A stretch of 64,000 nt of DNA from Macrostomum lignano (lineage: Eukaryota): assembly GCA_002269645.1 (NCBI GenBank), contig NIVC01000460.1:496001-560000 (forward strand), read 5' to 3'. Positions within the stretch are counted from its first letter, which is position 1. Every line of letters begins with the position of its first letter. A program made the position numbers and the translations under genes. The notes under the pieces were generated by a model. It searched no databases, was not told where the DNA came from, and saw only the letters and a list, made by a program, of their open reading frames with translations. Positions 41,101 through 54,593 of this stretch are shown one piece after another.

Positions 41101-41985
41101 TCTAAGAAGGTGATTTGTTAATGGCCAGATCTTCGGCATAGTCAAAAACAGAGCAGACACAGAAGCTGTTTGAAGCAGTCATGAGAGAAAGCTTCAGCTA
41201 CTTAAAAGTAAGGTGTTGTGTAATAGTTGCCTGTGTTCCAATACTCATTTATTTTAGTAATCTTGTCAGAGACTATGTAGAGATGCATTCCTAGGGCTTT
41301 CTTTATCTGATTTGCACTGCAGTCTCTCCATTGCCCAAAACTCACAGGTAGGTCCTCAGCATTGACTGAGTGAATTGCTGCTTGTTGGTCCACTTTGCAA
41401 GGTCTTCAGAGGCTTATCTAGCAAAATAGCCTAGAAATAAGGCAGTAATTGCTCAACAATTTTCAACTGTAATTCCTGGATTCAGTAATTATGCCAGAAA
41501 TCGATTGACTGTCTGTTTCATCCAGCAATAGTGCCATAGTTTTGAGTAGTAGATACTTTAAGAACGACTTGTTTCAGTTGCAAAATATATTTAAGTTAGT
41601 TTATGAAGGCTTTGATTTTAGATTTTTCCCTAGGCTATGCATTTTTAGCAGACTAAGGTGGCATAGTCATAGACTGGGAAAGCTATCCTTAAGTGGAATA
41701 TATTTTTATATTTATCAAAAAGTGGTACTCACCTTTTAAAGGATACCAGCTGCCATATCGATCCAAATTCTGGAATTTCAGGTATACAATTTCCTCTACC
41801 AAGTAATACTTATGTATTGTGTATGTTTTTTATTCAATTTGTGACATATCTTGGGACATGTTTTATAGTATAATCTATCCAATATTAACTTTTCAGATTC
41901 TAACCTGACACATTCAATATTTAGCTTTAAAAGCTTTCTTAACGTGCTGTTTAAAACTTTGAAAAATTGAATTTCGACACTATCT

Positions 41986-42039
41986 ATGAGCATAAAAATG
42001 GACAACAATGGTGTTCTTGATGATGATTTGGCAACGAAA
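41986..42039 (+). CDS. LRRFIP2: LRRFIP1/2 homolog, exon 1; model join(41986..42039,42587..42673,43538..43900,45510..45806,46279..46431,48457..48684), all introns phase 0
   Basis: MSIKMDNNGVLDDDLATK|GTGAGT, with a second in-frame ATG at 41998. DDDL resembles the EDDAL N-terminal motif of LRRFIP proteins. Confidence 0.55.
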
Positions 42040-42167
42040 GTGAGTAACCAATTAAAATTATGATACTTCTAATGTATAGCACAAATATTAAAAATTGCAA
42101 GCTAGTATTAGGTTGCTTTGTATCCACTAATTGCCACTGATTCCGATTTCTAAAAACCTTATAAATA

Positions 42168-42470
42168 TGATCCACAGGATACTGACCCTATGATCCACAG
42201 AATACTGTCCCTATGATCCACAGACTCCTGACCCTATCATCCACAGACTCCTGACCCTATAATCCACAGACTCCTGACCCTATGATCCACAGACTCCTGA
42301 CCCTATCATCCACAGACTCCTGACCCTATGATCCACAGACTCCTGACCCTATGATCCACAGACTCCTGACCCTATGATCCACAGACTCCTGACCCTATGA
42401 TCCACAGACTCCTGACCGTATCATCCACAGACTCTTGACTCTATGATCCACAGACTCCTGACCCTATGAT
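42168..42470. repeat. 23-bp intronic minisatellite (TGATCCACAGACTCCTGACCCTA)
   Basis: About 13 units. Confidence 0.95.
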
Positions 42471-42586
42471 GTAGGGAATATTTTCTCTTGTGAACTATCC
42501 TAGTTCATTCCATCCGTTTAACAATTATAGCGCTCTCCACTGATATTTAGTTATATAGATTAATTTTTTTTCTATTAAAAATTCAG

Positions 42587-42673
42587 CGCGACAGACAAAG
42601 CAGCGAGAGACGACAGCTGACCGCCACCGCTCGGGAGGTGAAGCGACGCGAGGACGAAAATCGAATTAAACGG
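42587..42673 (+). CDS. LRRFIP2: LRRFIP exon 2
   Basis: RDRQSSERRQLTATAREVKRREDENRIKR is the only open frame and resembles the [26 protein letters not shown] helix. Confidence 0.7.
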
Positions 42674-42721
42674 GTTTGTTTGCCTAGTTATGTGCTTTGT
42701 AACTGGGATATTTGCAGAAAT

Positions 42722-43535
42722 CCGAACCCTGTGACCTCTGCTGTCATGACCTTTGTTTGACATCTGGACCCTGTGACGTTTCATGACCTTGGTTTGAACC
42801 TGAACCCTGTGGCCTCTACTTTCACGACCTTGGTTTGAATCTAAACCCTGTGACCTCTGCTTTCATGACCTTGGTTTGAATCTGAACCCTGTGACCTCTC
42901 ATGACCTTGGTTTGAATCTGAACCCAATGACCTCTACTTTCACGACCTTGGTTTGAACCTGATCCCCGTGACCTCTCATGACCTTGGTTTGAACCTGAAC
43001 CCTGTGACCTCTGCTTTCATGACCCTGGTTTGAACCTGATACCTGTGACCTCTCATGACCTTGGTTTGAACCTGAACCCTGTGACCTCTGCTTTCATGAC
43101 CTTGGTTTGAATCTGAACCCTGTGACCTCTCATGACCTTGGTTTGAATCTGAACCCTGTGACCTCTCATGACCTTGGTTTGAACCTGAACCCTGTGATCT
43201 CTACTTTCGTGACCTTCGTTTGTACTCGTACCTGAACCCTGTGACCTCTACTTTCATGACCTTCGTTTGAATCTGAACCCTGTGACCTCTCATGACCTTG
43301 GTTTGAATCTGAACCTGTGACCTCTCATGACCTTGGTTTGAACCTGAACCCTGTGATCTCTACTTTCGTGACCTTCGTTTGTACTCGTACCTGAACCCTG
43401 TGACCTCTACTTTCATGACCTTCGTTTGAATCTGAACCCTGTGACCTCTCATGACCTTCGTTTGAATCTGAACCCTGTGACCTCTCATGACCTTGGTTTG
43501 AATCTGAACCCTGTGACCTCTGCTTTCATGACCTC
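42722..43535. repeat. 35-41-bp intronic minisatellite (TGAACCCTGTGACCTCT[GCTTT]CATGACCTTGGTT...)
   Basis: About 20 units running up to the 3' splice site. Confidence 0.95.
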
Positions 43536-43537
43536 AG

Positions 43538-43900
43538 CAAGAAGAGCGCGCAGCGGACGGCGGCTCTTACACTTCTTCATCAAAGCGAGGCGGCGGCGGT
43601 GCAGGCCGTCGGGCCAGCGACTTCAGCGTCGACAGCTGCAGTCTGGGCAGCGACCAGCAGCCCGGCAACGCCGCCGATCGTCTGAACGCCCTGACGGAGC
43701 TGCGGGAGCAGCTGGCCGCCATGGAGGCTCAGTACGAGCGGGCGCTGTGCGGCAACGCGGAGCTGGCCAGCGAGAAGCAGGTGCTGTCTTACGAAGCCGC
43801 CCTGCTGGCTGACAAGCTGGAAGACGCCGAGGAGGCCAACAGGGAACTGCAGAGAGCGTTTGCCGACAAAAGAAAGGAGAGCGCCTATTTGAAAAATCAG
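43538..43900 (+). CDS. LRRFIP2: LRRFIP exon 3 (start of the coiled coil)
   Basis: LREQLAAMEAQYERALCGNAELASEKQVLSYEAALLADKLED matches the recalled LRRFIP core [27 protein letters not shown].LKD. Confidence 0.9.
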
Positions 43901-44041
43901 GTGGGTGCGCGTGTATTGTTTGTTGTTGTGGTTGTCTTGGCAACTTGAAATTGTCCATCCCATGCTTGCGTTGCGATGAATTCCTCAACCTCTAAATTCA
44001 ACTACTAGTCCCGATGTGGCTTTCTGCTTCGGGGGAGTCAG

Positions 44042-45411
<1,370 letters not shown>

Positions 45412-45509
45412 CTAAGTGGCAATATGCCTGTCTGAGCCACTCTGCCCTTTAACCCTAGCTATCAGGCCTGTATTTAAAGCGAGTCGCGTGCCCTCCCCCT
45501 GCCCGCCAG

Positions 45510-45806
45510 GTATCCGAGCTCACCCACCAGTGCGAGTACGTGAGGCGGCAGCTGGAGCAGCGAGATCAGCTGATCGCCCAGTCCGACTGCGTGCTGCTGG
45601 GCGAATTTGACTCCATCGCCCCCAACGTCGAATCCAAATCGTCTGTTCACCATGGCAACGGAGACGCCGGCGCCGGACTCCTGTTGCCAAGGCAACTGGC
45701 CGAGCGGGTACAGGCGCTGCCGGGATCCAGCCTGGAGGGGAAACTGCGCGGCGCTCTGGACGAACTGGCCGCAGTGCAGGCCAAGAAGGAACTGCTGGAG
45801 AAGGAG
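45510..45806 (+). CDS. LRRFIP2: LRRFIP exon 4
   Basis: Pyrimidine-rich acceptor CCCGCCAG|. Translation VSELTHQCEYVRRQLEQRDQLIAQSDCVLLG...SLEGKLRGALDE. Donor GAG|GTGCGT. Confidence 0.85.
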
Positions 45807-45860
45807 GTGCGTTTGTTATTCGATTGTTTGCCGTGATTAGTGTTGGTAACAGCTATAATG

Positions 45861-46200
45861 AGTGTCAGTAGCGGCCATAGACAAAAGAGTCGGTAGCGGC
45901 CATAGAGAAAGTGTCAGTAGCGGCCATAGACAAAAGAGTCGGTAGCGGCCATAGACAAAAGTGTCAGTAGCGGCCATAGACAAAAGTGTCAGTAGCGGCC
46001 ATAGACAAAAGTGTCAGTAGCGGCCATAGACAAAAGTGTCAGTAGCGGCCATAGACAAAAGTGTCAGTAGCGGCCATAGACAAAAGTGTCAGTAGCGGCC
46101 ATAGACAAAAGTGTCAGTAGCGGCCATAGACAAAAGTGTCAGTAGCGGCCATAGACAAAGTGTCAGTAGCGGCCATAGACAAAAGTGTCAGTAGCGGCCA
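45861..46200. repeat. 25-bp intronic minisatellite (GTGTCAGTAGCGGCCATAGACAAAA)
   Basis: About 13 units. Confidence 0.96.
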
Positions 46201-46278
46201 ATTATCGAACCAAAGAGTCCTGAGAGGCTCCGCATCATCCACTCTAAGAGCCACCCCCTCCGTCCCGCCGCCCTGCAG

Positions 46279-46431
46279 GTGCAGCAGCTCCAAGACGATC
46301 TGGAGCGGGCCAATCGAGGCCGAGTGGACACCGATCAATTGGAGAAGCAGCGGGAGGCGGCCAGGCAGCTCAGCGATCACAAATACAAGCTGGCCACTGC
46401 GCAGCAGCAGATCACAGCTCTGCAGGCCGAT
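46279..46431 (+). CDS. LRRFIP2: LRRFIP exon 5
   Basis: QREAARQLSDHKYKLATAQQQITALQAD matches LRRFIP QREANRQISDLKFKL.KAEQ.IT.LE. Confidence 0.9.
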
Positions 46432-46599
46432 GTGAGCACATTTAGCAGGGCCTCACGTCTGACTTTCATTTATTTTCACTGTTGCTAAGTTTTACTGGCG
46501 TTATTAAATGTTGTTTTAAACATGTTTAGCTACCAACGTAGAATATTTGCTCTCACTACATCGATATAGATGGCGAAATCATATTAATCATATTAGATG

Positions 46600-47260
46600 G
46601 AGATTAGAACAAGATAAAGGTGCGATCAAAGTAGATAAAGGTGAGATTAGATTAGATAAGAGGTTAGATTAGGTTTGATGAGAGATGAGATATCGCGGTA
46701 GATAAAGATGAGATCAAGGTAGATAGATAGAAGTGAGATCAATGTAAATACAGGTGAGATCAAGGTAGATAGAGATCAGATCAAGGTAGATAGAGGTGAG
46801 ATCAAGGTAGATAGAGGTGAGATCAAGGTAGATAGAGGTGAGATCAAGGTAGATAGATAGGAGTGAAATCAATTTAGATACATAGAGGTGAGATCAAGGT
46901 AGATAGAGATGAGATCAAGGTAGATAGATAGAGGTGAGATCAAGGCAGATAGATAGAGGTGAGATCAAGGTAGATAGATAGAGGTGAGATCAAGGCAGAT
47001 AGAGGTGAGATCAAAGTAGATAGATAGAGATGAGATCAAGGAGGTAGATGGATAGAGATGAGATCAAGGTAGATAGATAGAGGTGAGATCAAGGGAGATA
47101 GATGAGATCAAGGTAGATAGATAGAGGTGAGATCGAGGTAGATAGATGAGATCAAGGAAGATAGATAGAGATGAGATCAAGGAAGATAGATAGAGGTGAG
47201 ATCAAGGTAGATAGATGTGAGATCAAGGCAGATAGAGGTGAAATCCAAGGCTAGAGTGAG
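46600..47260. repeat. Degenerate 21-25-bp intronic minisatellite (GAGATCAAGGTAGATAGAGGT)
   Basis: Read directly from the sequence. Confidence 0.9.
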
Positions 47261-47970
47261 ATCCACAAATTAGATCAAGAATGGAGACAGACTGAATCGA
47301 AGTAGTTAGATTAGATTAATTAAATGAGTGATTAGATTCATTTAGAGGTTAAAATCCAACTCTATATGTTCAACAATTAAATGTTGGGTCTGAAGAATTT
47401 GTCTAATTCATTTTGCTCTGTAAAGCTGACAGCCTAAATTAGCTTATCTCACTTTGCAGGCGACACTGCAGAAAGACAAGGTTTGAATAAAATGGAATAT
47501 TGTCCAAGTCTGTCCAGTTTTGTAAAGTGTTAGCCATCGGCAAGGCCTCCTTGATTGCCCAGGCATTCCGCTCTCTTCTCGTCTTGTCTCTACCCGCAAT
47601 GTCTGGGGTCTTGCTGTTTTCTCTGCTTTTAGCAAAAGAAGCAATGCCGTGTGCAGCGATGGGAGGGGGGTTGGTTTGGCCATCTGCGATGCATTTTGGC
47701 CAGATTTGTGAACCGATGAACTTTTTCGTGTATGCACGCGTTTCGCCTACTTGTCAGTGCTAGTAGTATTATGCGGGCAATGCTAGCAATATGCAGTTAG
47801 TAGTAGTTGGAATGCGAGTTGGTCTGTCATTTTTATCCTGCTAGATTGCTGATTTTTAACCAGAGATTGATGATCGCTTGCTTGTGTTTGTACGTTTCCT
47901 GGCGGGTCTGAATTTATCTCAGAAGTCCTCAAGGAACTCCCCATGGAATGCCAAGTCCTAAGTAATTTAA

Positions 47971-48363
47971 GGGTATAACAAGTCCTAATAGAATTCCCAG
48001 GGTATAACAAGTCCTAATAGAATTCCCAGGGTATAACAAGTCCTAATAGAATTCCCAGGGTATAACAAGTCCTAATAGAATTCCCAGGGTATTCTAAGTC
48101 CTAAGAGTATACCAAGTTCTAATGAAATTCCATAGGGTATTCCTCAGGGCATACCAAGTTCTAATGGAATTCCCCAAGGGTAATCCAATTCCTAAGGGAA
48201 TTCCCCAGGGCATACCAAGTCCTAATGGAATTCCCCAAGGGTATTCCAATTCCTAAGGGAATTCCCCAGGGCATACCAAGTCCTAATGGAATTCCCCAAG
48301 GGTATTCCAATTCCTAAGGGAATTCCCCATGGCATACCAAGTCCTAATGGAATTCCCCAGGGT
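47971..48363. repeat. 29-bp array changing into a 61-bp dimer of alternating 31- and 30-bp units
   Basis: GGGCATACCAAGTCCTAATGGAATTCCCCAA alternates with GGGTATTCCAATTCCTAAGGGAATTCCCCA. Confidence 0.9.
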
Positions 48364-48456
48364 ATTTTTCCCAAGCGATTCCTCTGGCGCTTGCTTCTGA
48401 GCTGCTGGTTACCTTAGCCAACCTAGCCAAGCCAGTCTATTGCTAAACCGCTTCAG

Positions 48457-48684
48457 GTGATCCGGCTGGAAGGTCAGGTGAAGCGGCTCACGAAGAAGGC
48501 AGAGGAGGCTGACGAAGAGTGCGGCCAGGCCAAGGCGGAGGCGCGCAACCAGAAGCGGCTGGCCAGGGAGCTCGCCAGCGAGGTGGAGGATTTGAAATCT
48601 CAGAACAACAGCCTGCGCCGGAATCTGGAGCGACTGCGGGCGCCGGGCGGCGGCAAAAGTTCTGGCGGCGGCGACGCCTCTTAG
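48457..48684 (+). CDS. LRRFIP2: LRRFIP exon 6 (last)
   Basis: VIRLEGQVKRLTKKAEEADEECGQAKAEARNQKR...NNSLRRNLERLR matches the LRRFIP C-terminus RLEGQV.RYK..AE.AEK.EDELKAEKRKL...N.HL.KRLEK. Ends in TAG. Confidence 0.9.
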   Translation: MIRLEGQVKRLTKKAEEADEECGQAKAEARNQKRLARELASEVEDLKSQNNSLRRNLERLRAPGGGKSSGGGDAS

Positions 48685-49139
48685 GGTTCGAGTCTGAGCA
48701 CTGCTCATGCTTTGAGAGTCCACTGCCTTAGCCCCAACCCCTGTCTGTTGATCGGCTCACTTCACTTTCACTGATATATATAAAAGTTGTTTTTTAAAAA
48801 CAATGAAAATTGAAGCAATGTAAGCTTTATATTATAATATTCGGTTTCGTATGAAGGCTTACTAAGTCAAGTTAATGAAGGCCTTAGTTTAAGTTGTAAA
48901 AAGTGCCTGTTTATTGCTGCGCTGTGTCTGCGAGAGATCAGATATTAGCCTGACTCTACATGTATGCTATATTTTATTACAGGTTTGATGCGCACTATGC
49001 AGCCTGCCATTTATAGAATATACCCGGGAGTCTGTATTGATGTAGTCCTAGCTCGTATACTCAGCTGAGGTTAGGGCTCAGTTGTTGAACCCCCTATGCA
49101 TGTAGTGATGACCTGCATAGCTGGTTAGATCTTCCCCTA

Positions 49140-49470
49140 TCGCCCTCTTCCCCTCTCGCCGTCTCCCCTCGCCTTCCCCCCTCGCCTTCTCCCCCTCTCG
49201 CCGTCTCCCCTCGCCTTCCCCCCTCGCCCTCTTCCCCTCTCGCTGTCTCCCCTCGCCTTCTCTCTCTCGCCCTATTCCGCTCGCTGTCTCCCTTCTCGCC
49301 CTCCCCCTCTCGCCCTCTTCTCCTCTCGCCGTCTCCCCTCGCCTTCTCCCCCTCTCGCCTTCTCCCCCTCTCGCCGTCTCCCCTCTCGCTTTCTTCCCCT
49401 CTCGCCCTCTTGCCCTCTCGCCCTCTTCCCCTCTCGCCCTCTTCCCTCTAGCCTTCTTCCCCTCTCTTCA
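49140..49470. repeat. Pyrimidine-rich degenerate repeat (TCGCC...CCCTC)
   Basis: Read directly from the sequence. Confidence 0.85.
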
Positions 49471-49837
49471 TATCATTTCCCTCCGAGCCCATTAAAACCA
49501 GCATTCACCTACTATGACTAATTCAGTATAATTGCATATTACTAATTGTCAATTGCTATCTACAGAACTGCTTTCACAACAAATTTGGTCTGCCTGCTAT
49601 TATTTATCAAATTACGTACCAGTGTCACTCTGATCCGATATGTATCTTGCTTTCTACGAGTATTTAATCTGGTGCGGCTGCCGCCCTGCCGTTATGATGC
49701 TAAGCAGATTAAATTAATCTGTCTTCCTCTCACCGAGTTTTGTTCGCATCGATTTATTGCTTTCAGTGGAGTCTGTTGGTAGAAATATTATATGAGTTTT
49801 GTCTGTTAAAATCATAATTTGACTAAATTCTTTGGGA

Positions 49838-51597
49838 TCTGACAATTAGCTCCTATGGGATCTGACAATTAGCTCCTGTGTGATCTGACAATTAGCCCCT
49901 ATGGGATCTGACAATTAGCCCCTATGGGATCTGACAATTAGCCCCTATGGGATCTGACAATTAGCCCCTATGGGATCTGACAATTAGCCCCTATGGAATC
50001 TGACAATTAGCCCCTATGGGATCTGACAATTAGCCCCTATGGGATCTGACAATTAGCCCCTATGGGATCTGACAATTAGCTCCTATGGGATCTAACAATT
50101 AGCTCCTATGGGATCTGACAATTAGCTCCTATGGGATCTAACAATTAGCTCCTATGGGATCTGACAATTAGCTCCTATGGGATCTGACAATTAGCCCCTA
50201 TGGGATCTGACAATTAGCTCCTATGGTATCTGACAATTAGCCCCTATGGGATCTGACAATTAGCTCCTATGGTATCTGACAATTAGCTCCTATGGGATCT
50301 GAAAATTAGCTCCTATGGGATCTGACAATTAGCTCCTATGGGATCTGACAATTAGCCCCTATGGGATCTGACAATTAGCTCCTATGGGATCTAACAATTA
50401 GCTCCTATGGGATCTGACAATTAGCTCCTATGGGATCTAACAATTAGCTCCTATGGGATCTGACAATTAGCTCCTATGGGATCTGACAATTAGCCCCTAT
50501 GGGATCTGACAATTAGCTCCTATGGGATCTAACAATTAGCCCCTATGGGATCTGACAATTAGCCCCTATGGGATCTGACAATTAGCCCCTATGGGATCTG
50601 ACAATTAGCTCCTATGGGATCTGACAATTAGCTCCTATGGGATCTGACAATTAGCCCCTATGGGATCTGACAATTAGCTCCTATGGGATCTGACAATTAG
50701 CCCCTATGGGATCTGACAATCAGCCCCTATGGGATCTGACAATTAGCTCCTATGGGATCTGACAATTAGCTCCTATGGGATCTGACAATTAGCCCCTATG
50801 GGATCTGACAATTAGCCCCTATGGGATCTGACAATTAGCTCCTATGGTATCTGACAATTAGCTCCTATGGGATCTGAAAATTAGCCCCTATGGGATCTGA
50901 CAATTAGCCCCTATGGGATCTGACAATTAGCCCCTATGGGATCTGACAATTAGCTCCTATGGGATATGAAAATTAGCTCCTATGGGATCTGACAATTAGC
51001 TCCTATGGGATCTGACAATTAGCTCCTATGGGATCTGACAATTAGCCCCTATGGGATCTAACAATTAGCCCCTATGGGATCTGACAATTAGCTCCTATGG
51101 TATCTAACAATTAGCTCCTATGGGATCTGACAATTAGCTCCTATGGGATCTGACAATTAGCCCCTATGGGATCTGACAATTAGCCCCTATGGGATCTGAC
51201 AATTAGCCCCTATGGGATCTGACAATTAGCTCCTATGGGATCTGAAAATTAGCTCCTATGGGATCTGACAATTAGCTCCTATGGGATCTGACAATTAGCT
51301 CCAATGGGATCTGACAATTAGCTCCTATGGTATCTAACAATTAGCTCCTATGGGATCTGACAATTAGCTCCTATGGGATCTGACAATTAGCTCCTATGGG
51401 ATCTGACAATTAGCTCCTATGGGATCTGACAATTAGCCCCTATGGGATCTGACAATTAGCTCCTATGGTATCTGACAATTAGCTCCTATGGGATCTGACA
51501 ATTAGCTCCTATGTGATCTGACAATTAGCCCCTATGGGATCTGACAATTAGCCCCTATGGGATCTGACAATTAGCCCCTATGGGATCTGACAATTAG
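49838..51597. repeat. 23-bp minisatellite (TGACAATTAGCYCCTATGGGATC)
   Basis: About 76 units. Confidence 0.98.
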
Positions 51598-52342
51598 TTT
51601 CGGTGCTTCATTTTTATTATAAAGTACATTGAACCGTGCTCACTGTTCGCCAGCCTTCAGCATAGAGTGACCACGCGATTGGGTTCACTTTGTCTGTACA
51701 TCAAATAATTGCTACAGCTTTTTAACAAAATTCAATCAAGTTCACTCGCACTTAGCTTTGAAAATTGGAGTTAGTTGTGTACTTAGTATGCTAAATATAA
51801 TTTCGTGATATATCTAGGCTGATGCACCAGTTCAGACTTCATAGCCTGTAAAGTTTAACGAAATTTATGATTGATTCATTTGTGTCACTTGCCCTGTCAC
51901 GATTGCAACAACCCCTGTTGTCCCTGTCCGCGTACGTGTGTTTAAATATATTATTCTATCTATATGAATATTGTTTTTGATTAACGATTAAAACTGCAAT
52001 TTTAAATTCAGCAGCACGTGCTGTGTGTTTGTAGCTGAGCTAATTATGGCTAATTATAATTGCAATTTCTTTATCTATTATGCCCAGTGGTGAGGTCTCA
52101 TCACAATGGCATACATGTAACAGTGTCTGCACCGGTTCGCTCGTACTTACCAGTTAACTGTCTCACCTATGCTAGTCAAAAAGCATTGAGAATTGGCACA
52201 TGGCGTCTGTGGCTTCAAAGTCTGGGAGTCTACGAATGGTTTTGAGTTTCGCGAATATCCCGCAGCTGTACCCTAACCTGTTTCTGAACCTATTTTCCCT
52301 GCCTGCTACCCTTTCTACCTACTTCTCTCCCTACCTATACTC

Positions 52343-54593
52343 TTCGATGCAGAACTGGAGACTGCAGGACGTCAAGTCCAACTTCAAGGCCAACCAAGTG
52401 CGTCTTAAAAGTTTGCACTAGTTGTTAAATAGCAGTATTTATTATTTAATTTCATTTTTATTCCTTTGTCATTATAAAAATTTCCCTACCGCTGCTCTAC
52501 GATAAATCTTCCCTCTCAATCATGCACAGCGTCACAGGTGGGCTAGCCGTGTCAACGCGAACTCGATATGTTCCAGACACTGCTCGGACAGAGGAGCAGT
52601 ACAGCATCAATATCCATGTCCAGGACACATCCTCTTCGGAATTCCAAGCAGCAGTGCAGTGTAGGCTGAAGCACACAAGTCAGGGTTCTCTGCTCTTGTT
52701 GCGTCATGGAGTGGGTTCAACGACCAAGTTCGTCGCTACGTAAAGGCCAACACCTGAATTTTCAGACCTCTTTACCTCATGGAGCGGATTCCAGGACGAA
52801 GTCCGCCGGTACGTAGAGCAGTACACATCGAGATTCTGTGGCATATTCACCTCATGGAGCGGCTTCGATGCTCAAGTGCGGCAGTATGTACTAAGCCATG
52901 AAGGAGAATTCGCTACACTTCTTGGAGTGAGCTCTAAAGCTCCAGACACTTCATCGTCGGAATTCCGTGCTTTAGTTCTTAAATACATCGAAGAAAACAA
53001 AACAGCGAGACTTCACTTAATATCTTTGCAAGTTGGAACACTTGGCGATCACACGCGTCTCTATTTGAAGGCCCATACCTCCGAGTTTTTCGACATTTAC
53101 CTCGTGGAGTGGCTTTGAATCACAAGTTCGAATATATATCCAAACGTATAAAGAGCAATTCAGCGACTTAAAACTCTCCAAAACAGAGGAGATTGACACA
53201 TCTCCAGAATTCCGCGCCTTGGTGCTGAGGTACTCCCAAGAGCACAAGCCAGAGTTCTCAGCCATGTTCATCACATGGAGCGAGTTTGGCGACCAAGTGC
53301 ACCGCTACGTGAAAGAGCACACGTCGGAGTTCTCCAACATCTTTGTCTCGTAGAGCGGATTCCGCAGCCAAGTGCGTAGCTACGTGCAGGAGAACACTTC
53401 GGAGTTCTCTGACATCTATCTCAACTGGGAGGGTTTCGAGCCGCAAGTGCGTGAATATGTGCAGAAACAGGAAAGCAAGTTTGTCGAGCTTCTCCCCGTC
53501 AAGACTAAAGAGATTGACACTTCGTCGCCAGAGTTCCGCGCCATGGTGCTGAGATACGTTGAGGAGCACGAATCGGAGTTTGCCTCTATCTTCGCCACGT
53601 GGAACATTTTCAGCGACTACTTGCAGCGCTACGTTAAAGAGAACACGTGGGAGTTCACAGAAATCTTCTCCTGGAGCGGAGTCGAAAGTCAGATTAGAAA
53701 TTATTTGCGTAAGAACTCAGAGAAATTCTCCGCCCAGCTCACTGTGCAGGCGAAGGAGATCGACACGTCGTCGCCAGAAGTCCAAGCAAACAAGTCAGAA
53801 TTTACTGCCATGTTCGTTACCTGGAACGAGTTCGAGGATCAAGTGCGCCGCTACGTCGAAGAGCACACACATCGGAGTTCTCTAGCATCTTTGTGTCGTG
53901 GAGTGGATTCGAAACTCAAGTTCGGCAGTATATTCGAACACACGAATACAAGTTTAGTGAGCTGAAACAGCCTGATTCCTCGTCACCGGAGTTTCGCTCA
54001 ATGGTTTTAAAGTACGTTCGAGAACACTTTTCAGAGTTTCTATGACCTTTACATCTTGAAGCCTTTGAAGCTGAAATTCGGCGTTATGTTTTTCAGCACG
54101 ATACAGAGTTTAGTTTATTGCGTTGCTTGGCTGCATTCGTGAAAAGGATAAACAGACTTTGCAACTGATTTCCTCCAGTGGCTGTTGTAATGAGATTTCA
54201 TGGACAATTTCTGAATCTGGTTTTCACTATGAACGAAACGATGAATCTTTATCTGTGATCCATTCAGGCAAATCAGCCGTTGGAATGACGGCCTTTGAGC
54301 CACCAAATGCAGCTGACGAAAGACTTGAAAGGAATTTGTCTGACTTAAGCACAGGATTCTCGTTCGTTCATAGACCTACGCTCGTACAACATCTGGCGAC
54401 ATCAAAACAACTGAATCAAGAGAGTACATGTCGTTCGGATCTCGAACAGAGTCGGTTCCCGTCGGTTTTCAGGGCATTGTATCGGGAGCTACTGGGTCAC
54501 GCGCCGGTTACATCGGACGGAGAGATGCTAGACTTATCCGGATCGAGAACTCAACAGTTTTATAACTCATCTATTAGTATAGCATTTGAATAG
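52343..54593 (+). pseudogene. Partial diverged duplicate of the 3' half of the downstream plakin gene
   Basis: Homology to 60766 onward starts abruptly mid-exon. A 30-bp deletion at 52489/52490 removes the splice acceptor. TGG>TAG at 53351-53353, plus several frameshifts. Confidence 0.8.

Noticed and set aside
41347-41420. Minus-strand segment with good acceptor and donor just upstream of LRRFIP
   Set aside because: All three frames contain stops and there are no partner exons; at most a non-coding exon.
49838-51597. CRISPR-like appearance of regular 23-42-bp repeats here and elsewhere
   Set aside because: Units are head-to-tail with no unique spacers, there are no cas genes, and the context is eukaryotic.
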